Source of the DNA: an uncultured delta proteobacterium
GTDB taxonomy: Bacteria; Desulfobacterota; Desulfuromonadia; Desulfuromonadales; JACZKF01
Direction: 5' to 3'
Length of the DNA: 64,000 nt
Assembly: GCA_963816395.1 (NCBI GenBank)
Contig: CAWFKQ010000009.1
Location: 304,780-368,779, forward strand
Shown: piece by piece, positions 56,867 through 64,000 of the stretch
How positions within the stretch are numbered: position 1 is the stretch's first letter
How the letters are laid out: each line of letters begins with the position of its first letter
Notes under the pieces: model-generated
Database searches by the model: none
Told to the model about the DNA's origin: nothing
The model's input: the letters and a program-made list of their open reading frames with translations, nothing else
Translations under genes and position numbers: made by a program

Positions 56867-57145
56867 TCACTGATACATTTCGTCATGGCTGCCGATGTCC
56901 AGGAGGATGATTTCCTTCTCTGTGATCATCAGCGTCAGGGTGAGGCGGTAGCTGTGGGTCAGACTCACCGCCTGGCAGCCGGAGAGTTTGCCGCCGAGGG
57001 GGTGCAGCTCCAGGCGAGGCTGGAAGGGGTCGGCCTGCAGGTCTGCCAGCAGCCTGGCAAAGCGGGGCTTGAGGTCAGGATGCTTTCTGAAGAACTTGCG
57101 GGCCTGGCGCAGGAACTGCTCGGGAGTAACGATGGTGAACATCAA
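56867..57145 (-). CDS. RelE/YafQ-superfamily toxin
   Basis: DPF.P.L.LHPLGGKL...YRL...LLDIGSHDEMY. Confidence 0.85.
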   Translation of the reverse strand: MMFTIVTPEQFLRQARKFFRKHPDLKPRFARLLADLQADPFQPRLELHPLGGKLSGCQAVSLTHSYRLTLTLMITEKEIILLDIGSHDEMYQ

Positions 57146-57414
57146 GCGGGCTCGTCGGCATCGAGCGCTTTCAGCAGGTCGTCGGCCGTGGCGAACTTCC
57201 GCACCCGGCCTGCCTTGATATCCTCGAGGGAGGAGCGCACCCGAGTCAGGTAGGCCTCCTGCACCTCCGCCACCAGCTGCTGGTAACGCTCCTCCGAGAG
57301 GACCACGTAGTGCGGCTGATTGTTGCGGATCACGTGGACATCCCCCTTGGAAATGACTTCGTCAACCGCGGCAAGGCCGCGGCGCTTGAGTTCCTGCGCA
57401 GGGATGGTATTCAT
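57142..57414 (-). CDS. Phd-like antitoxin
   Basis: AQELKRRG...VHVIRNNQPHYVVLSEERY; overlaps the toxin start. Confidence 0.82.
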   Translation of the reverse strand: MNTIPAQELKRRGLAAVDEVISKGDVHVIRNNQPHYVVLSEERYQQLVAEVQEAYLTRVRSSLEDIKAGRVRKFATADDLLKALDADEPA

Positions 57415-57632
57415 GGCTGGTCTCCTTCGGGTACTTGATCTGGTACTGAAAGATCCTACCCTGCCGGGACCTGGAATGCAACAAGTCACTTCTATCCAGC
57501 CTTTTCGTCGCACCTGGTGCCGGAGGACGGGGAGGCCTCGGGGATGGTCAGAGCGTGGGAGGAGGTGGCCAAGCAGGGGGGGAGGGAGGTTATTAAACTT
57601 TTTAAGAACGTCCCGCCTGCGACCCCCGGAAA

Positions 57633-58022
57633 TCAGGGATGCCGGACCTTGCATTGGAACGAACCGGCGGCGGAGCGCACAAATTTTTTATCGAAGGTGA
57701 AAAGCACCGAGCAGTGACCGCAAAGCGCAAGATGCAGGGCGTCGGCGAAATCCATGCCGGAGCGATAGCCCTCGAATGCCTGAGAAATGGCGCGGGCATC
57801 GCGCAGGACGACATTAGGGAGCCCGAAAAGTCTCAGCAGACCTTCGTGGATCGTTGCCGGAGAAAGATCGTAGGCGTAGCGCAACACCCATTCAGTCTCA
57901 AGAATGACGGTTTCGGGGATGAAAATCTCGGTGGCGGTGAAGATCTCCCGTGCCTGTGCCAGCTGGGCCTGGTCGTCGCCCGTCAGCAACCTTACAACGA
58001 TATTGGTGTCAACGGCTATCAC
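57633..58022 (-). CDS. vapC: VapC/PIN toxin
   Basis: AVDTNIVVR, LETEWVL, DFADALH, TFDK. Confidence 0.9.
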   Translation of the reverse strand: MIAVDTNIVVRLLTGDDQAQLAQAREIFTATEIFIPETVILETEWVLRYAYDLSPATIHEGLLRLFGLPNVVLRDARAISQAFEGYRSGMDFADALHLALCGHCSVLFTFDKKFVRSAAGSFQCKVRHP

Positions 58023-58275
58023 GACCCGACTCCCTGGCGCCTCTGCGAATCGCCTCCTCCATTTCTTCGATCGTTCTGGCTTTGCCGTGATACCCGAGAG
58101 AGGCGGCCACTTCGGCCAGGGTGGTTTCGGGAAACGGTTTTTTCGGTTTCAGAAGCACTCCGTCGCCTACATCGACCACTTCCAACTCCTGCCCACTTTT
58201 CCAGTTATGCGCCGCCCGCACGTGCCGGGGGATGATCACCTGCCCCTTGCTTGAAAGTCTGGTCGTGGTTCCCAT
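58009..58275 (-). CDS. AbrB/MazE-fold antitoxin
   Basis: TRLSSKGQVIIP..VR. Confidence 0.9.
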   Translation of the reverse strand: MGTTTRLSSKGQVIIPRHVRAAHNWKSGQELEVVDVGDGVLLKPKKPFPETTLAEVAASLGYHGKARTIEEMEEAIRRGARESGRDSR

Positions 58276-58322
58276 GCTGTCCTCCTCCAGAGTAAGACGA
58301 ACGTAAGATAGAGTACGCCACA

Positions 58323-58679
58323 GTGGAGATTATGTCAATCATTCGACCGGTGTATCACTGGACGGAGTCGCGGATTCGGGCGCACATCTTTATCTGCATT
58401 CTGGCGCTACAGATCGAGCGATGGATGCGCAACCGCTTGCAAACGGTGTCGGTGCGAAAGGCGCTGGAATCGCTGCGGAGAGTAAAGGCCGGAGTCCTGA
58501 TGGTCGAAGGGAAAGAAGTCAAGGTCGCGGCGAGACCGAATCCAGAGCAGAAGGAGTTACTGAAGAAATTGAGCGTGAAGCCGATCCCCTCCCGGATGTA
58601 GTGTAAAAAGCCCGCTGTCAGCAAAGGCTAAATGGCTGAAATCGCGATATTTGCAACCTCATAAGTGTCAAAGTTCGGG
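58323..58679 (+). mobile_element. right-end remnant of an IS1634-like element (transposase C-terminus plus putative end)
   Basis: IRPVYHWTESRIRAHIFICILAL; putative terminus GTGTCAAAGTTCGGG near 58665-58679. Confidence 0.7.
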
Positions 58680-58691
58680 GTCTTGGGCGGA

Positions 58692-58803
58692 GAGGTCGTT
58701 AAGCCAGCCATTTTGGTGCTGAAAATCAACCTATAAGCATGTTTTGGACCTGTATTTTCAATGTTTTTCTTAAGATTACAGGAAGTTAGTTTGGTCCGAC
58801 CCC
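58692..58803 (+). repeat. 112-bp repeat, copy A
   Basis: GAGGTCGTTAAGCC...GTTAGTTTGGTCCGACCCC; colinear with copies B and C. Confidence 0.85.
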
Positions 58804-58831
58804 GCAACCCTGCTATCCCGTTCACTGAGCA

Positions 58832-59116
58832 TCACAGATCAACAGCCTGCCTTAGAATCTTTTCCCGGATTTTCGGGTGCAGGGCCGCCGGTGTCAACAC
58901 ATCGACCTTTTTGCCAAGAAGATCCTGCAGGTCCATCAGCAACCCCCCCAGTGCCAGGGCGGAGCGCCCTTTCTCCAAATCCACCAGGATGTCCACATCA
59001 CTGTCCGGACGGGCCTCTCCGCGCGCCCTGGAACCGAAAACCCGAACCCGATTGGCGCCGCGCAGAGCGGCAAGCTGCTTGATTTCTTCACGATGTTCTT
59101 CGATCAGCCGGTCCAT
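58832..59116 (-). CDS. MNT nucleotidyltransferase whose downstream partner is cut after ~9 codons
   Basis: VFGSRARGE...SDVDILV...LGKKVDV; next ORF MLSERDS.. runs into repeat A. Confidence 0.88.
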   Translation of the reverse strand: MDRLIEEHREEIKQLAALRGANRVRVFGSRARGEARPDSDVDILVDLEKGRSALALGGLLMDLQDLLGKKVDVLTPAALHPKIREKILRQAVDL

Positions 59117-59261
59117 GGCGACTCCGAAAATCATTCCACAAGAAGTTGATTTCATTTATTTATAGCACGCGCCCAACCACCGACAAAACAAAAACATTGG
59201 AGAGAAGAGTTGGAGTTTTTTGAATCCCGGTTCACGCGATGACGCGAGACCCCGATGTTAA

Positions 59262-59345
59262 ATTGGCGTTGGTGGAGAGGACGATACCGTTGTTCAGGGC
59301 ATTGCTGTGAACGAATGGATGTGGCGGTTTCGACGATTGGAGTAT
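59262..59345 (-). pseudogene. degenerate HNH endonuclease core fragment
   Basis: Across frameshifts reads IVETA(H)IHSF...SNALNNGIVLSTNA. Confidence 0.45.
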
Positions 59346-59401
59346 GAGTGAGGGGAATTGCCGGCTGTTTGCAAGTTTGCAAGCCGGACCCGGATGACTC
59401 C

Positions 59402-59498
59402 GGTGGACAACGGCCGGATGGTGGTCATCGTTGTGGCTGTGGGAAAGCGGGAGGATCTGACGGTGTACAAGGTGGCGGGCAAGAGGGCGAGGGAGTAA
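59402..59498 (+). pseudogene. relE fragment (3' end)
   Basis: VDNGRMVVIVVAVGKREDLTVYKVAGKRARE*; aligns with 51507-51603. Confidence 0.85.
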
Positions 59499-59501
59499 GT
59501 G

Positions 59502-59613
59502 GAGGTCGTTAAGCCGGCTATTTTGCCCCTGAAAATCGGCCTGTAAGCCCATCTTGACCATTGAATTTCATGCATTCATTAATAATTTAAGATAGTTAGT
59601 TTGGTCCGGCCCC
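59502..59613 (+). repeat. 112-bp repeat, copy B
   Basis: GAGGTCGTTAAGCC...GTTAGTTTGGTCCGGCCCC. Confidence 0.85.
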
Positions 59614-59673
59614 CACTATAGGAAGTTAAGGGGTCCGTTTTCAGATCTCAATCCTGTGGGGACGTGAGTGGAG

Positions 59674-59785
59674 GAGTTTCTTAGAGTGGCGATTTTGATG
59701 CTAAAAACAGGCCTGTAAGGCTGTTTTTGGCAGGGAATTTCATGGATTTGCTTTGGATTATAGCGGGTTGGCTTGGTCCGACCCC
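59674..59785 (+). repeat. 112-bp repeat, copy C (more diverged)
   Basis: Ungapped alignment by eye to copy A; ends GTTGGCTTGGTCCGACCCC. Confidence 0.75.
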
Positions 59786-59848
59786 GGCAATACCTCGCTC
59801 TTCGGTTTCCCTCAGCCGGTAGGCCAGCAAGGCCTCCTTGTCGGTCAT
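59786..59848 (-). pseudogene. truncated HEPN-family gene start
   Basis: MTDKEALLAYRLRETEE overlaps the MNT stop (ATGA) and runs into repeat C. Confidence 0.65.
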
Positions 59849-60162
59849 ACCGCCACCCCCTCACGGTTGATGTTGCGGATGATCGGTGAGGAGCGCAGGG
59901 CAGTTTTTTCAACTTCGTAGCGTGAGACGACCAGAGGCGAAATGACCATGCAATGCTTGAAGCCGACCTCCCAAGTCAATTCGTGAATCCGTTCCTTCAC
60001 CTCCGGGGTCAGGGTTTCCACTTCCACATAGACATCCATGTCGGAAGCCTCATCGGCATCCCCCCTGGCCCGGGAACCGAACACCCGGAAATCCACGAGC
60101 CCTGCCTGGGCGGCGAGACGCTGCTTGAGCTCCTGGGCTACTTTCCGATCGTTGGCGGTCAT
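59845..60162 (-). CDS. MNT nucleotidyltransferase
   Basis: VFGSRARGDADEASDMDV...SPIIRNINREGV. Confidence 0.88.
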   Translation of the reverse strand: MTANDRKVAQELKQRLAAQAGLVDFRVFGSRARGDADEASDMDVYVEVETLTPEVKERIHELTWEVGFKHCMVISPLVVSRYEVEKTALRSSPIIRNINREGVAV

Positions 60163-60249
60163 GAGATATCCTGAAACTGCCGGAGTCATTCGCTAATACA
60201 CTTCCCCACAGCACAGACTATAACAGCCAACCACCTGAAATGCCAACGG

Positions 60250-60377
60250 TAAATTTCGTTCAGGGGGGCTTCTTCGGCGAATTTGAGGAGGCAGAGGAGG
60301 AGATGGGGTCTGTGAGGGGCGGAGCCTCGGGAGCGGTCGATTTTGAGGCGGGAGAGTTTTAGGAGGAGATTCGGCAT
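60250..60377 (-). pseudogene. N-terminal fragment of an SBD-HNH-type restriction endonuclease
   Basis: LSRLKIDRSRGSAPHRPHLLLCLL resembles the APHKP-LLL motif; the frame decays soon after. Confidence 0.55.
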
Positions 60378-60623
60378 GGGAAATTGATTCAGAAAAAATA
60401 TGGTTGCAACTATCTGTTACGAAAGAGGAATCCGGACCTTCCCCCTGCAAAACTTCGATCAAAACTGCTCCAATTAGAAAGATAGCAAGGAACGTTATAT
60501 GTAGGTCGCGGTTGGACTTAGCTCCCCGGAAACTACAGAAAAGAACTTAATATAACAGTCTTGTACTTCTATTTTCCTCCTGTTATTGAATAGCCATTTT
60601 ATTCTAAACAGAAGGAGGAGAAA

Positions 60624-61910
60624 GTGCCGGAGACGAATGATCGATTGGATCTGTTCAACGGTATACGCAATTCCATCAGGGGGTCGGAGAAGCACCTGCT
60701 TGTAGGCCTTGACGTCGCCAAGAACAACCATCATGCTTTTTTCGGAACGCCCAACGGAAGAACGTTGCGCAAGAACCTGGTCTTTGACAACAGCAAACAA
60801 GGATTCGAGATTCTCAGACAACTCGCCAGAGATCTGCAGAATCAGCATGGCCTGATGGAGGTGGTGTACGGACTTGAGCCGACCGCCTCCTACCACAAGC
60901 CTTTGGCCGAATACCTGATCCGCCAGGGTGAGCACGTCGTCTACGTCTCCAATGTGGCCGTGGCAAAGAACCGTCAGCTTCTCGATGGCCGCTGGGACAA
61001 GAACGACAAGAAAGACGCCGCCAATGTTGCTGACCTGGTTGGGCAGGGTCGTTGCCTCTACTATGACGTGCCGGAAGAAAGGCTGCGGGAACTGAGAAGT
61101 CTGCTCGCCTTCCGCATCCGGCTGAAGAAGCAGGAACATGCCTTACGGATGCGGCTGCGCAACAACGTGTTTGCGCAGTATTTTCCCGAGTTGGACCGGC
61201 ATATGCGGGCGGGGCAGCCGGACGAGTTGATTCTGGCCATTGCCGAGCATTGCTTGGATCCCAGAGAGATCGCCCGGATGGAGTTCGCTTCCTTCATAAA
61301 GCTGATCACCCGGCGAAAGATCCGGATCGAACAGGAAAAGCGCCTGCGCGAGATCTGGGAAGCCGCCAAGGGCACGGCCGGCTGCCAGACACATGAAGCG
61401 GCCCGCTGGGAAGCCAAAAGCCTCGTTGGTCAGCTGAAGGCGCTCAGGGAGATCGTCAAAGAGAACGAGCAGCGGATGCACGCGGTCGCCCGGCAATTTC
61501 CCGAATACCCATGCCTGCTATCGATCCCCGGGTTTGGTCCCATCGTCTCGGCGATGGTCTTGGGCGCCATCGGCGATGCCACGCGTTTCGGCAACCACAT
61601 GCAGATCCTGCGCTTGGCGGGACTGGACCTGAGCGCTTCGCGCAGCGGCAAAAGCAGCGACAGCGCCAAGCCGGTGATCTCCAAGCAGGGAAAGGCCGCT
61701 CTACGGTATGCTCTGGTGCAGGCGGCGATGATCGCTGCGGCGAAGAATCCGACCGTGCGTAGTTACTTCAGTAACTTGCTCAAGGGGCGCGAGTTTGAGC
61801 GGGGGATCAACCTGAAGATGAAGGTCAAACTCGCTGCCAAGCTGCTGGTCACCGCCTGGACGCTGATGAAGCGCAAAGAAAATTTCAACCCTTCCTGCTT
61901 CAAGGGATAA
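60624..61910 (+). CDS. IS110-family DEDD recombinase/transposase
   Basis: VGLDVAK, GLEPTA, KNDKKDA (DEDD); SIPGFG; SRSGKS catalytic-serine region; RBS AAGGAGG. Confidence 0.95.
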   Translation: MPETNDRLDLFNGIRNSIRGSEKHLLVGLDVAKNNHHAFFGTPNGRTLRKNLVFDNSKQGFEILRQLARDLQNQHGLMEVVYGLEPTASYHKPLAEYLIRQGEHVVYVSNVAVAKNRQLLDGRWDKNDKKDAANVADLVGQGRCLYYDVPEERLRELRSLLAFRIRLKKQEHALRMRLRNNVFAQYFPELDRHMRAGQPDELILAIAEHCLDPREIARMEFASFIKLITRRKIRIEQEKRLREIWEAAKGTAGCQTHEAARWEAKSLVGQLKALREIVKENEQRMHAVARQFPEYPCLLSIPGFGPIVSAMVLGAIGDATRFGNHMQILRLAGLDLSASRSGKSSDSAKPVISKQGKAALRYALVQAAMIAAAKNPTVRSYFSNLLKGREFERGINLKMKVKLAAKLLVTAWTLMKRKENFNPSCFKG

Positions 61911-62190
61911 AAGTCCAGAAGCAGGCAGTTGGCGAGATGAGCCCGATTAGCAACGTTGAGGCATAGACCTCGGGAGGGACAAAGCTGGGCCTCTCACTGA
62001 ATCTTGAAGCTTGGATAAGGAATGATGGACGGCCCCGTTCCCGATGCGGGCGGGGGATGTCGGATACCAGTAACGATTAAGCTCGAGATTCGCCGTAAGT
62101 GAGAAACTCGCCATAACGAAAATGCAGGGGAGAAGTGCGCCTGGGATCCTCGGCCAAGGCTAACTATTTAATTTTATAAGCATTTTTTTT
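61911..62190 (+). ncRNA. candidate bridge/seek RNA in the right non-coding end (boundaries approximate)
   Basis: About 300 nt of non-coding, hairpin-rich DNA; GGGACA (61976-61981) is complementary to target TGTCCC and AAGGAATG (62017-62024) is identical to the target left arm; they flank an AAGCT/AGCTT stem. Confidence 0.6.
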
Positions 62191-62194
62191 CGAC

Positions 62195-62217
62195 TTGACA
62201 GGTGGAATATAGAATGT
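62195..62217 (+). promoter_or_regulatory. outward-facing -35 box that forms a promoter on circularisation
   Basis: TTGACA (62195-62200) lies 17 bp from TATATG (60496-60501) when the right and left ends are joined. Confidence 0.75.
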
Positions 62218-62609
62218 CCCCCGATTTTCCCCCTCAAGCAGCGTCCCCCGACTTTCCCTTCTTCAGGTGCGGCGGAGCGTCGGGATCTTCGAGCCGAGAA
62301 TGCTCCTTTATGCTAAACCGTTATCATGGAGTCGGCCATATTGGAAAACGGGAAAGGGGAAAGGCTTTTAATATCAGTCAAATCTTCAATCAAAAACGCC
62401 GCAGCAACCGGCATCTCGATGCTGGTCGCTGCGGCGTTAATTTTTTCGGCTCTCCCTCGCCATCGTCTTCCCCCGAAAAGACACCCCACCGGCGCCGGGT
62501 GCTCATCCTTTTACCTTGAGGCCCAGTTCATTGTCAAACCTTTAGTCTCTCATCTGCGTCATCGCCCGTACCGGCACATGCCATATCGCAACCTCGTGGG
62601 CGACGATCT

Positions 62610-62915
62610 CTAGTGCTGAATAGTCTGCGCCACCAAACGGACGCCAAGAGCGGCGCAAACCTTGTTGATTGTCTCAAAACGGGGGTGAGCGTCTGGGCGC
62701 AGAGCTTTGTACAAGGCCTCGCGCGTGAGTCCCGCCGCCTTGGCGACTTCGCTCATTCCCCGCGCTCTGGCGGCGACGCCCAAAGCGTGGGCCAGTTCAG
62801 AAGCATCGCCTTCCTCAATCACCATTGTCACGTAGGCGGCAATGTCTTCTTCGTTTTTTAGCTGTTTTGCCATATCGAACTCAGGCAGATCGGCAATTCG
62901 TATCTTTTTGGCCAT
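62610..62915 (-). CDS. addiction-module antidote (HI1420-like HTH antitoxin)
   Basis: FD....L..EEDIAAY, ARARGMSEVAKAAGLTREALYKAL...PRFETI. Confidence 0.9.
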   Translation of the reverse strand: MAKKIRIADLPEFDMAKQLKNEEDIAAYVTMVIEEGDASELAHALGVAARARGMSEVAKAAGLTREALYKALRPDAHPRFETINKVCAALGVRLVAQTIQH

Positions 62916-62917
62916 GA

Positions 62918-63214
62918 TTAGTCCTCCAGCAGGGCTGCAAGATCAATAGCCCTGACAATATCGGCGGCTTGCGTTGACTTGTCCCCACCTCCAAGCATAA
63001 CAATCAGTAGCGATCCACGCTGCGCATAATACATGCGCCAGCCGGGACCGAAAAACTCGCGCATTTCAAAGACGCCGGCACCTACCTGTTTGACATCTCC
63101 AAGATTCCCTCTCTGCGCCTTCTCCAGGCGCCGGCTCAGCCGAAGGCGCGTTGTGCGATCTTTCAGGCTATCAAGCCAATGATCAAATTCAGGAAGAGTT
63201 TTGACTGAAATCAT
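62918..63214 (-). CDS. addiction-module killer (HI1419-like RelE/HigB toxin)
   Basis: FDHWLDSLKD, GNLGDVKQVG.GVFEMR..FGPGWRMYY, LGGGDKSTQ. Confidence 0.9.
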   Translation of the reverse strand: MISVKTLPEFDHWLDSLKDRTTRLRLSRRLEKAQRGNLGDVKQVGAGVFEMREFFGPGWRMYYAQRGSLLIVMLGGGDKSTQAADIVRAIDLAALLED

Positions 63215-63294
63215 GCGTCCATTGTAGTCGATCGATTACAGGAAGGCAAGGGTTTGAATTCCGTCTCTGGATGTCTCTTTTCTCGTCATCGCCT

Positions 63295-63510
63295 GCCCAG
63301 GCCCAAGCCACATCGTAGCTGGTGCTGCGCCCGCCGCCCGGATTGGGCCGCAAGATCCCTTTCTGCACCAGATCGGCAATCTCCCTCTGCGCCGTCGGCT
63401 TGCGGCAATCTCCCCGCCGTTTCGTGCGCGAGGAGGCTGTAGGACCAGTTCCGGTCGCCCAGGGCGATCAGTTTGAGGAGGAAGACAATATCCTGAGGTT
63501 TGAGCACCAT
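63295..63510 (-). pseudogene. chimeric remnant: N-terminus of an LKPQD-type HTH protein fused to a Fic/DUF4172-like C-terminus
   Basis: MVLKPQDIVFLLKLIA..WSYSLLAHE, then in another frame TAQREIADLVQKGILRPNPGGGRSTSY. Confidence 0.6.
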
Positions 63511-63519
63511 AGCCATACG

Positions 63520-63540
63520 TTATTCGCGAATGGCGAATAA
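63520..63540 (-). promoter_or_regulatory. palindromic operator candidate
   Basis: TTATTCGC-GAATG-GCGAATAA immediately upstream of the LKPQD remnant. Confidence 0.5.
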
Positions 63541-63618
63541 GGAAACATAAAACCGCACTCCCTGTCGAGGGCCTTCCAAAATTCCTGATACGGGGCAATC
63601 TGCCGGGTCTTGCTCTCC

Positions 63619-64000
63619 CTAGCGGATGCCGCCGGGAGAATTCCTGAAGGGGACGGCCCGCTCGACACCGAGTGTCCCCAAGAGATCGTCATAACGCCCG
63701 GCCAGCGTCCCCCAGTCATACCGGGCGACATGGGCGCGCAGTTCCGCCATCTCCCGGGGCGGATTCCTGAGCATCTCGCGCAGCTGGTTCAGCAGGCCAT
63801 CGAAACCATCATAGAGGAAAAGGTCCTGCAGCGATTCCGGCAGGTGCTCGGGATAGGCAAGCCGGCGTGGCAGCAGGGGCGTGCAGTGGCAGTAGATCGC
63901 CTGCACGACGCTGGCCCCGAAGAAGTCGTGACGGGAGGTGACCGGCAGGATGTCGGCTCGCCAGAGCCAGCGGGCATATTCGGCAGCCGCCGGTCATGAA
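63619..64000 (-). CDS. DUF3524/GTDC1-like GT-B glycosyltransferase, 3' part (runs off window end)
   Basis: EYARWLWRADILPVTSRHDFFGASVVQAIYCHCTPLLPRRLAYPE. Confidence 0.8.

Larger units (their letters stand above)
60490..62217 (+). mobile_element. complete IS110-family insertion sequence (~1.72 kb)
   Basis: Ends defined by comparison with the empty site at 55834-55858; shared GAA(C/T)GT at both junctions; no long terminal IR or conventional target duplication. Confidence 0.88.

Noticed and set aside
58692..59785. CRISPR array or attC array
   Set aside because: Units are 112 bp, diverged and irregularly spaced; no cas genes; no RYYYAAC...GTTRRRY attC boxes recognised.
60496..62211. IS1111-type sub-terminal inverted repeats on the IS
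   Set aside because: Only TATAT/ATATA (5 bp) and a loose TGTAGGTCG/CGACTTGACA similarity; not enough to assign a subgroup.
62223..62609. ORFs 62202..62519 and 62326..62613
   Set aside because: No recognisable motif or clear RBS; one crosses the IS boundary.

Overview
A GC-rich bacterial chromosomal window whose gene content and intergenic repeats suggest a Desulfuromonas/Geobacter-like deltaproteobacterium (inference). Bases 1-48.5 kb are mostly housekeeping, transport and envelope genes: the pgi 3' end, hisC, a futalosine menaquinone operon (ubiA-like, ubiX, mqnE, mqnC) with a type III restriction-modification cassette inserted in it, Mla- and Liv-type ABC systems, a two-subunit hydantoinase/oxoprolinase and others. 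Many of these genes carry single-base frameshifts that look like long-read indel errors. From about 48.6 to 63.6 kb lies an accessory island packed with small toxin-antitoxin and nucleotidyltransferase modules and their broken remnants, separated by short repeats ending in GTCCCC or GACCCC. An intact IS110-family recombinase is inserted in one of these repeats. An empty copy of its target site, the promoter formed at the circle junction and short target-matching segments in its downstream non-coding region (candidate bridge/seek RNA) can all be read from the window. Family calls come from motif recognition by eye; no database search was run.
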